Shown here in pieces: positions 1-11,800 of a stretch of 37,208 nt of DNA; position 1 is the first letter of the stretch, and the number at the start of each line of letters is the position of its first letter. Position numbers and translations under genes: made by a program. This stretch comes from Octopus bimaculoides (lineage: Eukaryota), in assembly GCF_001194135.2 (NCBI RefSeq), contig NC_068996.1:55236988-55274195 (forward strand), written 5' to 3'. The notes under the pieces were generated by a model. The model had not been told where the DNA came from. It saw nothing but the letters and a program-made list of their open reading frames with translations, and made no database searches.

Positions 1-55
<55 letters not shown>
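1..55. repeat. (AG)n microsatellite
   Basis: Pure dinucleotide run at the window start. Confidence 0.98.
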
Positions 56-58
<3 letters not shown>

Positions 59-170
59 CAACAACAAGAAAAAGATGCAAAACAAAAGGAAATTGCTAAA
101 CTAGGAACTGCAACCACATTACAAAAATATGTTGTAGCTTTAAGGAATTAGAATAATAATAATAATAAAA

Positions 171-290
171 ATAATCAGGAAAGTATTAGATGATTGAAAA
201 GAAGAGATAGCATGGAACTGTAGGCTGCAGGTAGCAAGCCCACTATGCATGCAAGACTCCAGGAGTTCCAACAAAACCTGAGTTAAAACA
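171..290 (+). mobile_element. Short 3' fragment of the same R4/Dong-like LINE, flanked on both sides by (AAT)n
   Basis: ataatcaggaaagtattagatgattga (IIRKVLDD*) and gcaagactccaggagttccaacaaaacctgagt match the reverse complement of 30024-30150. Confidence 0.8.
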
Positions 291-1401
291 ATAATAATGA
301 TAATAATCCTTTTTACTGGAAGCACAAGGCCTCGAATTTGGAGAAGACATTAAATTGATTACATCAACCCCAGTGCATAACTGGTACTTATTTAACCGAA
401 CCCAAAAGGATGAAAGTTAAAATCAACCCCAGCAGAATTTGAATGATAATAAATGGTTCTGTTGATAAGAAATCAGAAAATGAGTTTATCAGAAAGTATA
501 GGAGATGTTAGGGGTAGTGGTTTGTATTTTAGTGAATGGATTTTGTGTGGGTGGGGAGAGTGAGTCGGTGTAAAAGAATGAGATATAATATTTCTCACTG
601 CAGATATTTTGTTAAATTTCAGACAGCAGCACAAGGCAATTTCTATTTGTATTAGTTTAACCTTGTTGGCTGTTTAATCTGATCAATAACTGCTGGGGAT
701 CTTAAAGGAGAAAAGCTTGCTTGTAATGCCAGAATAGGGTCTTTGTCATAGTGAAGAGAGACAGAAATTTTTCTTTTGTTTTAAAAGCTTCAGAGTTTTT
801 GCTTAAAAATTGAAATATTCAACTAAAATGAGACAAATACAGGCATAGCTGTGCGGTTGAGAAGTTCAGTTTGCAATGCTGTAGTTCTAGATTTGATCTC
901 AGTGCATGGTACCATGGACAAGTGTCTTTCTTCTAAGACAGATACAGCAGATAATCCAATGCTGCCAGAGTGAAATTTTGTAGATGGAAACTATGTAGAA
1001 GCCTGCCATAGGTGTGTGTGTGTGTGTGCATGTGTTTATGTTAAGGCTGATTTAGAAAGTAGTATTATATCATCTCTATGAGGTGAGAACCGTTATTAAT
1101 TAAAGAGGAACGACAATGATGAAATGGTGTGAACAATGATCAGGAAGGTAAAAAAAAAAAGGGACAATATAAAATCCTGTAAAAAGACATTTCAAGACCA
1201 GCACTCTACCATTTCTGCCAGCCTACTAAGCCTTTATATATACATATATATATATATGTATGTATTACTATCATTTAAAAGTGAGTGAATAATTAATTTG
1301 ATTGAATACAAACAAAAATGGTGGTTAGTTGTCACAGACAAGTTAGAGAGAAAAAAAAAGAAAAAGAAAAGCAAGTATTTCGGGAGATAAGGTAGAATTA
1401 C

Positions 1402-1518
1402 TTCTGTGACAACAACAATAATTTTTGTTTTGTAGTTTGAAACCTTAACATGGAACTGGTCACAACCAATTTGAGCAATGTTTTGCAATTTGTGGAATTC
1501 TACCACATTCACATAAGC
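1402..1518 (-). CDS. Possible orphan exon of an unidentified downstream gene: AYVNVVEFHKLQNIAQIGCDQFHVKVSNYKTKIIVVVTE
   Basis: gctaac branch-like motif and ttattttcag acceptor, GAA|gtaatt donor, 117 nt open frame (ORF 1234..1512); protein not recognised. Confidence 0.25.
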
Positions 1519-1740
1519 CTGAAAATAATTCTGTTAGCATCAGTTTTGGTTTACCAAATTAAATACTCTCTCATACTGAGTACTACATTTTTAGTTTGTA
1601 ACAACAATTGCCGTATTATTTATATATATATCCACACACACATTCTTACTTGCTTCAGCCATGCTGGAGCACTGCCTTGAAGGGTTTAATTGAACAAATT
1701 GATCCTAAAATTTATTTAATTTTGCTACCTACTGTTTAGG

Positions 1741-1813
1741 AGTTAGTGGGTGCAAACCTATTCTACTGCTAAGTTAGTGGGTGCAAACCTATTCTACTGC
1801 TAAGTTAGTGGGG
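1741..1813 (+). repeat. 31-bp tandem duplication (2 exact units plus a partial) within a SINE
   Basis: agttagtgggtgcaaacctattctactgcta at 1741-1771 and 1772-1802, partial at 1803-1813. Confidence 0.9.
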
Positions 1814-2060
1814 TGTAGACAAACACAAAGACCTATGCATGCACACATTCAGAATACTAAAACATGTTGGCTAAACCAACTCTACACAATCGTTACACTG
1901 TATGTGTGTGTGCGTATATATACACCCATACATCCACACAAGGTGTGTGTAGCTAATAACATAGCAGCTCAATATCATAACCCATCTTTAGCAGTACGGT
2001 CTACATTAGCTCTAACCATTCAGAGCACTTCATTTCAGTAAACATTGGTTTTATTACACA

Positions 2061-2187
2061 GGTTTGCGAGGTGTAGACGTGGAAGTCTTCAAAGAGTACC
2101 TGGACAAATTTTTATCTGAAATACCAGATGAACCAACATTGTGGAAAGAGGTACAAAGAAGACTGGCTCCGTCCAGCTCACTGCTTC
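2061..2187 (+). mobile_element. CR1/L2-type LINE ORF2 C-terminal fragment followed by (CA)n
   Basis: GLRGVDVEVFKEYLDKFLSEIPDEPTLWKEVQRRLAPSSSLL; the LDKFL..IPDEP motif is typical of the 3' end of these LINEs. Confidence 0.7.
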
Positions 2188-2343
2188 ACACACACACACA
2201 CACACAAAATTACAGAAGGGAAACCCAATCACACTGAAAGGCAGTGCTCCAGCATGGTCCCAGCCTTTGGCTGAAACCAGTAAAAGATAAAAGGTTTGAA
2301 ACAAACAGAAATTAAAACTGATATATATATATATATATATATA

Positions 2344-3144
2344 NNNNNNNNNNNNNNNNNNNNNNNNNNNNNNNNNNNNNNNNNNNNNNNNNNNNNNNNN
2401 NNNNNNNNNNNNNNNNNNNNNNNNNNNNNNNNNNNNNNNNNNNNNNNNNNNNNNNNNNNNNNNNNNNNNNNNNNNNNNNNNNNNNNNNNNNNNNNNNNNN
2501 NNNNNNNNNNNNNNNNNNNNNNNNNNNNNNNNNNNNNNNNNNNNNNNNNNNNNNNNNNNNNNNNNNNNNNNNNNNNNNNNNNNNNNNNNNNNNNNNNNNN
2601 NNNNNNNNNNNNNNNNNNNNNNNNNNNNNNNNNNNNNNNNNNNNNNNNNNNNNNNNNNNNNNNNNNNNNNNNNNNNNNNNNNNNNNNNNNNNNNNNNNNN
2701 NNNNNNNNNNNNNNNNNNNNNNNNNNNNNNNNNNNNNNNNNNNNNNNNNNNNNNNNNNNNNNNNNNNNNNNNNNNNNNNNNNNNNNNNNNNNNNNNNNNN
2801 NNNNNNNNNNNNNNNNNNNNNNNNNNNNNNNNNNNNNNNNNNNNNNNNNNNNNNNNNNNNNNNNNNNNNNNNNNNNNNNNNNNNNNNNNNNNNNNNNNNN
2901 NNNNNNNNNNNNNNNNNNNNNNNNNNNNNNNNNNNNNNNNNNNNNNNNNNNNNNNNNNNNNNNNNNNNNNNNNNNNNNNNNNNNNNNNNNNNNNNNNNNN
3001 NNNNNNNNNNNNNNNNNNNNNNNNNNNNNNNNNNNNNNNNNNNNNNNNNNNNNNNNNNNNNNNNNNNNNNNNNNNNNNNNNNNNNNNNNNNNNNNNNNNN
3101 NNNNNNNNNNNNNNNNNNNNNNNNNNNNNNNNNNNNNNNNNNNN
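2344..3144. other. Assembly gap flanked by (AT)n
   Basis: N run. Confidence 1.
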
Positions 3145-3857
3145 ATATATATATATATACTTCTCTTTTTTTTTAATTGAGGAGTGGAGGTTACCAATTC
3201 AAATTAGATTTTAAGCTGAAATATTTATGAAATGAAATAATTTTTGATGAAAGAAAAAAATAACCCCAAACTGGTGCCTACCGCATGATTTACTAGTGCC
3301 TACTGCATAATTACAGGCATAAAGCTGTAAATGGATATTAGTCGTCAACCAATGCTAATTTTCTAAAATGACACAAAATAGTTTTAATAATTTATTTTAT
3401 AATTAATAATGCATATTTTGACTCAAAGCTACCACTTTTACTAATAGGATATCATATGCATATAAAACAAAGCTGAAACTAAAGAAAATGTATTGTTTAC
3501 ATTAATAATTATTTTTACCTCTAACTCAGAAAGGCAATGAGATAATCACACATAGTTTCTATTTCTTTCTTTCTATACAGGCTGTCCATAGCTATAGAAC
3601 AACTACAAAATAATAAATGTATAAATAATACAATTTGAATGATTAACTTATGATGATGATTTGAAGGAAAAACAAAACATTTTTCACAAGATATCCTTCT
3701 TTACATGAAACAATAAACTATATATACAGGCCTGTTTCTATATCAAAGTGGAACATACATCTAATAAATGGGAGAAGTGGAACTCAATACATAAAGTAGA
3801 ATATATATATATATATATATATTATCAGTTGTGACTTGATGAAATAGACACAGGTGA

Positions 3858-4078
3858 AGGTGTTGAGCTGGCAGAAACGTTAGCACGCTGGGCGAAATGC
3901 TTAGCGGTATTTCATCCGTCTTTACGTTCTGAGTTCAAATTCCACCAAGGTCAACTTTATTTTTCATCCTTTCGGGGTTGATAAATTAAGTACCAGTCGT
4001 GTACTGGAGTCAATCTAATCGACTGCCCCCCCCCCCAAAAAAAAAATTTCGGGCCTTGTGCCTAGAATAGAAAAGAAT
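3858..4078 (+). mobile_element. Full-length tRNA-derived SINE
   Basis: A-box-like TGGCAGAAACG and B-box GAGTTCAAATTCC; 14-bp TSD atagacacaggtga (3844-3857) / atagacagaggtga (4079-4092). Decayed relatives occur at about 316-442, 6575-6745, 16740-16900, 27960-28050, 30910-30970, 31200-31420, 33590-33740 and 36660-36800. Confidence 0.88.
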
Positions 4079-4688
4079 ATAGACAGAGGTGACTTTAGAG
4101 CCCAGTTTTATGCCAGATCATAAATCAAAGATATATAACATCAAATCTATATATAGCAAAATATTTGACATTCCAGAAAGTAGAAAATTACTATTTTTAA
4201 ATCTCATAACAAGAGATATTCAGCAACAGTACTTTGTAGAAAAGATTGTTTGCCAACATAACATGGCAGTCCTGGTTTAGGACTAATGTTGCTGTAATTT
4301 AGCCCCAGGAGACATCATCTCCAGCTGGCTATACGACACGATCTGTGTCCTTATATTTTAAAAAATATTCCAGAAGTCCTTTAAAAATATGCCAGAAAAT
4401 TCTTTTAAAAAACATCGATTTTTCACAAGTTAGAGATTAAGATCTGCTCACTGATTTGCGAAAAATCTCTTTAATCATGTAAAAATCCAACAGTTTTTTT
4501 TGTATGGAATTTTTGAGTAAGTTCAATATTTTATTACATACACATTCAATATTTAAAATCTTATTTAGTTTGCTATGGCAGGAAAATTTAAGCACTCCAC
4601 AATTAATGTAGGTAATCACGCACATACACACACACACACACACACACTATGCGAAACATTTCCCCCTATATGATTTTCCTGAAATTAT

Positions 4689-4713
4689 TTTATTCTTTCA
4701 AAATGGTTTTATT
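4689..4713 (-). terminator. Candidate PPP4R4 polyadenylation signals (two AATAAA), implying a ~1.1 kb 3' UTR
   Basis: tttatt at 4689-4694 and 4708-4713 on +, with a (TG)n GU-rich tract just downstream on the minus strand; another AATAAA at 5271-5276 is an alternative. Confidence 0.3.
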
Positions 4714-5811
4714 GTTGTTTTTACATTTTTTTTGTATATTTTTCTCTAATTATTCAAAATGAACTCCTCTCTTCCCTTTTTCACAAAGATATAAATATTT
4801 GGCAACTATAAGCTTTTATGACTTTATTTTAAATTAAGATTATTCCTGAGTTTAAAAAAAAAAATTGGGGGTTGAAAAAAAATGAAGCTGTTTAAGGGTT
4901 GTTCTGCAATAATAATAATTATTATTATATTTAAGGTGTTATATAGACTAAAGATAGTGTTGGAATACAAAGGGCTTTGAGGTAGTCTGCATCTGCGGCA
5001 AGTGTCAGCTAATTGACAAGGCATAAAATGAGATGTACTATCGGTAACCTATGATGAAATATCATATTCTCTCTGTCTCTCATGATATTTCTTCCCCTCA
5101 CAGTGCACCAAAGTACCTCACTTTTGGCTGTAGACTAAAAAATTAAGTTTTGTTTCATTATCTAACAAATTTAAATTTGTTAGAGTCAAAACTCAAATCA
5201 AACATTTTTATAAAACATGGCAGGGTTTTTTGTTTTTGGATTTTCATTTTTGAAATTTTTTTCTCTCTTTTTTATTCTTTATCACAAACAAACCTTGAAC
5301 AGGGAAGAATTCAGTAAGTTATTCCAAAATTCAATACAAAACACTTTGTTCAAATAAATAAAATGTTATCACAAAAAAAGGGACAGTATTCTTGCATTTC
5401 AATTGAAACAATTATATTAAGTTCTTGAAAATATAATTAATAATAATTAATAATTCAACTCATAATAAATTTTGGCGTTTTCTTGAGACAAAAAAAAATA
5501 ATAAACAGGAAAAGAATAAAAACAAAAAAACTCCAACCACATTAAGAAAATATCTCTGTAAATCTATTTTCAAGTCCAACAAAATATATTCTTAGACCAC
5601 ATGATCCTATGTCACTGGGATAGAACAAAAGTGGTCAAAATTTTAGCAGTACAAACTTTATAGCAGATTTAAGGCATCAGCTGTAAGTACCCTAGAAAAT
5701 GGTACAGTTCAATAGTCTCATAAGGGAGCAGCATCCTACTGGATGGAATCTCTTGCAGAGTTTAAAGCTAACAAATCTACAGCAAAGCTGATACAATTAG
5801 GACATTGGAGG

Positions 5812-5836
5812 TCATTTTGTGACAGAACTCTTTGGC
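5812..5836 (-). CDS. PPP4R4: PPP4R4 terminal coding segment: (R)PKSSVTK-stop
   Basis: Strong acceptor ctctttttttcttatttacag|G CCA AAG AGT TCT GTC ACA AAA TGA followed by an AT-rich, UTR-like sequence. Confidence 0.68.
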
Positions 5837-8800
5837 CTGTAAATAAGAAAAAAAGAGAAAAACAAAAAGAAGTTTTATAACAAATTATTACAAGTAGGAA
5901 GAAATTTACAGACATACATAAACTGCATCATGTGACTCAATAACATGCCACATAACCAGCAGAAAAGAAAGCAGAAAGTGCAATGTTATTTTGTTATATA
6001 TATGTTATGTAGGCAAGCGGCATCATGTGGCCTCTGAAATATGTGCATGATGGATCACATTGCACTACATGTTGGGTAAGTTTTCTTTTAATTTTTCTTA
6101 TCATGGTCTTGGGTCAACCCCAAACCTTATCAGTGAAACTGAGAAGACAGAAACTAGTCAAGCATCTGTCAGGTGGACCATAACTGTAAATCAAAAATGA
6201 AACCAGCCTCCAGAGCACATGTTTGTGGAATATCCACTTACACTACAATTAAACAAGTCAGTTGATTAATCAACTGGAATACTGTTGGTCATTATAACCC
6301 ATGCGAGACATCACATCACCACACACACACAGAAGAGCAATTTATATATGACCAATCCTGCTTTGTTAATAAGGTAAATTGGTGTGAAGCTCATAGAAAT
6401 GGTAAAACAATAATATTAAGGATCACAAGAAGACAGACTGAGGTCTTACCTTTCTAGACTTTTGCTTAGATATCCTGTTCGGTTAACCAACCCTGAAATA
6501 AAGCAACAATTCCATGAAGAATCTCTAAACTATTCTAAATAGTAACAATATAATTTTTTTCTTTCTACTATAAGGACAAGACCTGAAATTTTGGGAGAAA
6601 AAGGGGAGGGGGCAGCATTCAATTTCATTGACCCCAGTACTTGATTGATACTTTGTTTTTTTTTTGGCATGAAAGAATGAAAGGCAAAGTCAACTTTGGT
6701 GGAATTTGAACTCAGAATATAAAGTAGAAGCATTTTGTGTGGCATGTAAATGATTCTGTCTTTGTATATAATTTGCTTTCAACAAGTAGTGAGAACTCTC
6801 TAGTCTTGCACAAAATCTTCAGTTCTAGTGCAATGACAAAAATATACCCAGAACATTTGGATAAATTCTTGGGATTAAGAAGGGTATTCAACTGAAGAAA
6901 CCACGTCAGAAATTCCTTGATTCATCTAGGAGGGCAGTAATGGAATAAGAACTGGTTTGGATTGTGAAGATTTGTTTAACCTTTCCATAACTATATTTTT
7001 AATATCACTGTAATTTAATCAACGTCCTTAGCTGCCATTAATTACTACATCCAGTAATGACTGCACTGTAGTTAATATAATAAAATGCTAATTACACATT
7101 GTAGTATAATTAGCAATTTATGTTAATTACATAGTAATTAACATACTGCAGTAGATACCATGAGAGTAACACACATTGGTTTTTGGTACAAAATGCATTC
7201 TCGTTTATATTGCTAGTCATATCAATCCCAACCATTTCCAGTGCCAAGACCATCAGACCATTTAATAATATAGTATCATATATATATGTGAATGCGCATG
7301 GCTTAGTGGTTAGGGTGTCAACATCATGATCGCAAGATTGTGGTTTCGATTCCTGGACCGGGCGACGCGTTGTGTTCTTGAGCAAAACATTTCATTTCAC
7401 GTTACTCCAGTCCACTCAGCTGGCAAAAATGAGTAACGCTGCGATGGACTGGCGTCCCATCCAGCTGGGGAACACATACGCCATTGAAACTGGGAAACCG
7501 GGCCCATGAGCCTGGTTAGGCTTTAAAAGGGCGCATTTATTTTTTATTATCATATATATATATATATACACACACACAGGGTATCCCCCAAACTGTACAC
7601 ACATTTTAATAGGTGAAAGCTCAATTTTCATTTCTTTTTAGATTCAATCCATTAGAAGTAATGAAGAATAGGGTCAGAGTAAGCTTTTAACAAAAGAAAT
7701 TTATCCTTAAGCACTACTATAAGTTTGAAAACACAATCAAAGTGCACAGATAGACTAGGAGGGAGTTTGAAACAGATCCATGTATATGACTTGCTATCTG
7801 TAGAATTAGAGATAAGTTTGAAGCAGATGGAACTGTTCAGAATGCCACAAGAAACATTCTGTTGAAGAGATACACATATCAATTTTGTTAACTTGAAATA
7901 AAAACTGCTTCATTCTCATCATTGTTTGATGTCTGCTTTCCATGCTGGCATGAGTTGGACGATTTGATTGAAAAGTGGGAAATCAGGGAACTGCACCAGG
8001 CTCCAATCTGATCTGGCAAGGTTTCTACGGCTGGATGCCCTTCTTAACGCCAACCACTTCAAGTTTAGTGGGTGCTTTTTATGTGCCACTGGTACGGGTG
8101 ACATTATCCTGACACTGGCATTTGCCATGACTACAGTCTCACTTGGCTTGACAGGTCAACACAAGCATGATATATTGCCAAAGGTTTTGGTCACCTGTCA
8201 CTGCCTCCACGAGGCCCAATGCTCGTACGGTACTTTTTATGTGCCACTGGCACAGGTTTCAGTCAGACGGCACTGGCATTGGCCATGACTGATTTCTCTA
8301 GGTTCAACAGCGGATCAAGAAACAGGAGAAGCAATCACACAATCAGCAAAGCACAAAATGGATATTCCTCTTTGACCTTGTCATACCATGTTCTCAGTAT
8401 AGTGGGAATATCCATCATCATTGTTTAACATCCACCTTCCATGCATAAACAAATGGTAATGAGCAACATACGTAGAAAAAGAAGTTGAAATATTAAAAAC
8501 AGACAACTGATTATGCTGTAGCTTTGTAGTCAAAGTGTGTTTCTGATGACACATTGTTTATGGTGTCCTCCATAGTTGTTATTTATTCTGGTTTTTGATA
8601 GCAAAAAAAAAAAAGTTTCTATAATGAAACAAGCATGTGATGAACCCAGTACATTGTCTTGTAAACAAGAAAGGTCTAGACCAGTGTTTCCCAAACTTTT
8701 TGTGCTAAATTGCAATATTGCCCACCTATTGACCAAAAAATTCCCCATTGCCCACCCGTGTAAAAAAAACCCTAACACAGCCCTCCCCACCACTGTATCA

Positions 8801-11800
8801 TTTGACACACACACACACACACTATATCATTGACTCGTAGCCCTGTTAATGCCATTTGTACTAAATATGCGGTTGTTTACAAATCCCTTATTGTGGGCTT
8901 ACTTTTGCCATTAGTGTGAATGAAATTCTAACGTTAGCTCTATATCATGCAGACAGATTAACTTCTGGAAACTTGTGCTTTCTTTTACACTGATTTTCAT
9001 TTTCCCCAAATGAACCATTGATCAGAACTACAAATGCAAAAATAATTAATGATTGTATTATAAAGGAAAAGAATAAAACTTTTTAATGAGAACCATGCAT
9101 CTGGTGCGATGCAGCTAGTGCAGATATATTCAGCTTCAAACTTGTCAACTTTAGCCACAAGCCTCCTCATTGTGTCACATCCAGTCCAATTCTTTTATGG
9201 GAAAGTAAAGTTCCAGCATGGTTAAAACCAGATTCAACCAGTTATAAGGTAGGAAAGGCAAGCAAAAGTAATTTCAGATGTTTCTACAGACTGGGGTAGG
9301 AATTCAATATACTCTGATGGTACCACAAGCCTTCTTTGCCATTATGGCGATATTGCATTGTGGAGTCATTGTCATTTTGTAATTCTATCAATTCCTCCTG
9401 AACGTCATCCTCGCAATCAACTGCATCGACCTCAAACGGATTTGGAATATTTAGCACAACAACATCTTGAAATCTCTCCACCGTGTCATCATGCAGTGAT
9501 TGTAAATAGCTGCATTATGTAGTTAAATCCTCATCAACCAATTCATCTTTCAAAAAATCAAGTTCTGGAAATTGATGGAATTAACATTTTGAAATGTCTT
9601 AAACAACAGCAATTTTGAAATGAAGGTAGTGATAAATGATTTACAATTAACGAGAGTTTTTCTGTTTCCTTGCAATAACTTATTCAAGTCATTTAATTTT
9701 GTAAATATATCATAAAGAAAAAGATATTGCTCCTTGCAGCCATCAATGAAGCGGATAGTGGAGTATTTTTGATAAAACAGTTCAACAAAGCATAAAACAC
9801 AGGTTGCTTTTGACAGCCACCACACTACAGTACGGTATAAGAGTTTAGTGTGGTCCTCATCATTTCTCTGACAGAGTTGATGGAAAATTCGATCAGACAA
9901 GGGACTGGACTTCAATTTGTTCACAGTCTTGATAACTAATTGTAGCGCATCATTCAATCTACTGTTCATATTTTTTGCCACTAAATGCTGCTGATGTGCC
10001 AAGCAATGAACAGTTAATATCTGGTGGGACATTTCCCGCTTTAGGAGAGATGAAAAACCTCTGTATCTTCCTATCATTGAAGGGGCTCCATCAGACACAC
10101 AGGCAAGAATATTACTGAGTGGGATATTATGTTCAAAAAGGAAAGACTTGAGAGTGTGAAAAATAGTTGCACCTTTTGCATTAAGTGGCAATTTCTCTGT
10201 GAACATTTCCTCACAAGGTTGAAGGTCTTCGTTGAAATACAGAACATATACCATCAAACATTGATTGTCCACAACATCCACTTGTATAGAAAATTCAAAA
10301 TGCTGGAGAATATTCTTTTCTACTCTAAGCACAAGGCCCAAAATTTTGGGGAGGGGGCTAGTCAATTAGATCAACCCCAGTACACAACTGGTACTTAATT
10401 TATCGGCCCCGAAAGGATGAAAGGCAAAGTCGACCTCAGTGGAATTTGAACTCAGAACGTAGCGGCAGGTGAAATACTGATAAGCATTTCGCCCAGTGTG
10501 CTGGAGAATATTGATGAGCTGATGTTTGGCATTGTTGGCCATTTCATCGATGCATCGAGAAATTGTGTTATTACTAAGTGGGATCTTCTTCATAATGTTA
10601 TCGCGTGTTTCGTGCGTAATGGTTGACAAACCTCTTTGATAACTGGGCGAAGTAATGTTTCTCCAATTGTGTGAGACTTCCCAGACTTAGCAACAAGCAA
10701 TGCATTGTTGTATGATGCAATCAACCCATCATTCTCCTGTTTACTAGTTTCCTGGAGTTGCATGTGGAATGTTTGTATTTGCTTTTTGAAAGAGCAGCTC
10801 AGTTGCAAAAAGTATGATAACGGCTTATCTCCCTTGTCAGAATGCTTTGCATCAAAGTGATACGTCAAGTGTGAAGGTTTCATTGCTTCGTTGGTCAATG
10901 TTTGATAGCAAAGAATGCACATTGGTAACTGCATCACAAAGGCAGTATGGTATTCCCAAAGAGAAGAAGAAGAGCAGAGTCAGATGACATGCCTTTACTG
11001 GAGCAAATACGGATCTAGTACGTTTGGTTGCCAGCATTTCAAAAATTAAAGTTTATCAAAAATTTTAGAATTTGGCACATTAATGTACTTTTCCAAGCTA
11101 AATTATTGGAGTTATTCAACTTTTTCTTGAAAAATGTTTTTAAAAAGTTATAGAGGTTTAAAGTTTGATCATTTTCACCAAGTCAAGAAACACGATTTCA
11201 AAGCTGTCATTTTGCATGTGACTGCACATTTTGTCAACGTCCTGAAAATAGCACGTGTGTTTTGATATGAAACCACAGATTTACACGTGACATTTACTCC
11301 TTATAACTTTTTTACTTTTCAGAATTTTCAGAAAATTTTTGCGAATTTACATTCTATATGCAGGACTTCATATGATTATGGAAAAAAAAAATTGTAGTGG
11401 AGTGTGATTTAAGGCCTAGGTCTATTTGGCTGCTATTTTTAGCATGCATGACAACCATCTCAATGTCTGTGACAAAAATATTCGATCGATAAACAAATCA
11501 ATAAAAGTGCATCCTTATTCTAGTCATGCCTAGATATAGGTAAATGCAGACTTAATTTCTAAAAACTCATTGTCTCCCACAAAATGTTCACATCACCCAT
11601 CAAAATCTCAAATCACCCACCATTTTATGGTAGTCGAAAGGAAACCGGCCTATTCTTCAGAATTATTTTCATGATTCTGTCCATATGTTTGTCTGCAATC
11701 ATTACACTTGAGATATGTATGCAACTTTTTAGTCTTATGCTCAGGAGCCCAGGTGGAAGGTAAAGTTAGACAGAAGGGCTCAGAACAATTCCTTAAACAA

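Noticed and set aside
1741-1813. CRISPR-like direct repeat
   Set aside because: Adjacent tandem units with no spacers, inside a SINE, in a eukaryotic context.
2229-3197. Long ORFs 2229..3197 and 2296..3180, plus ORFs spanning 26250-26371 and 30639-30724
   Set aside because: They are open only because N runs contain no stop codons; flanks are (AT)n or repeat sequence.
3858-7547. tRNA-like sequences at 3858 and 7288
   Set aside because: They have A/B boxes but no full cloverleaf, are followed by SINE bodies and are flanked by TSDs; these are SINE heads, not tRNA genes.
9550-10365. 271-aa ORF as a functional or domesticated ZBED gene
   Set aside because: Its N-terminus is SINE-derived, and the transposase is split by frameshifts and stops with no splice signals that repair it.
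11035-11390. Candidate missing left end of the hAT element
   Set aside because: No reverse-complement TIR (gtttgggaaacactg) or second GTCTAGAC was found; the sequence looks like an unrelated, unclassified DNA-repeat fragment.
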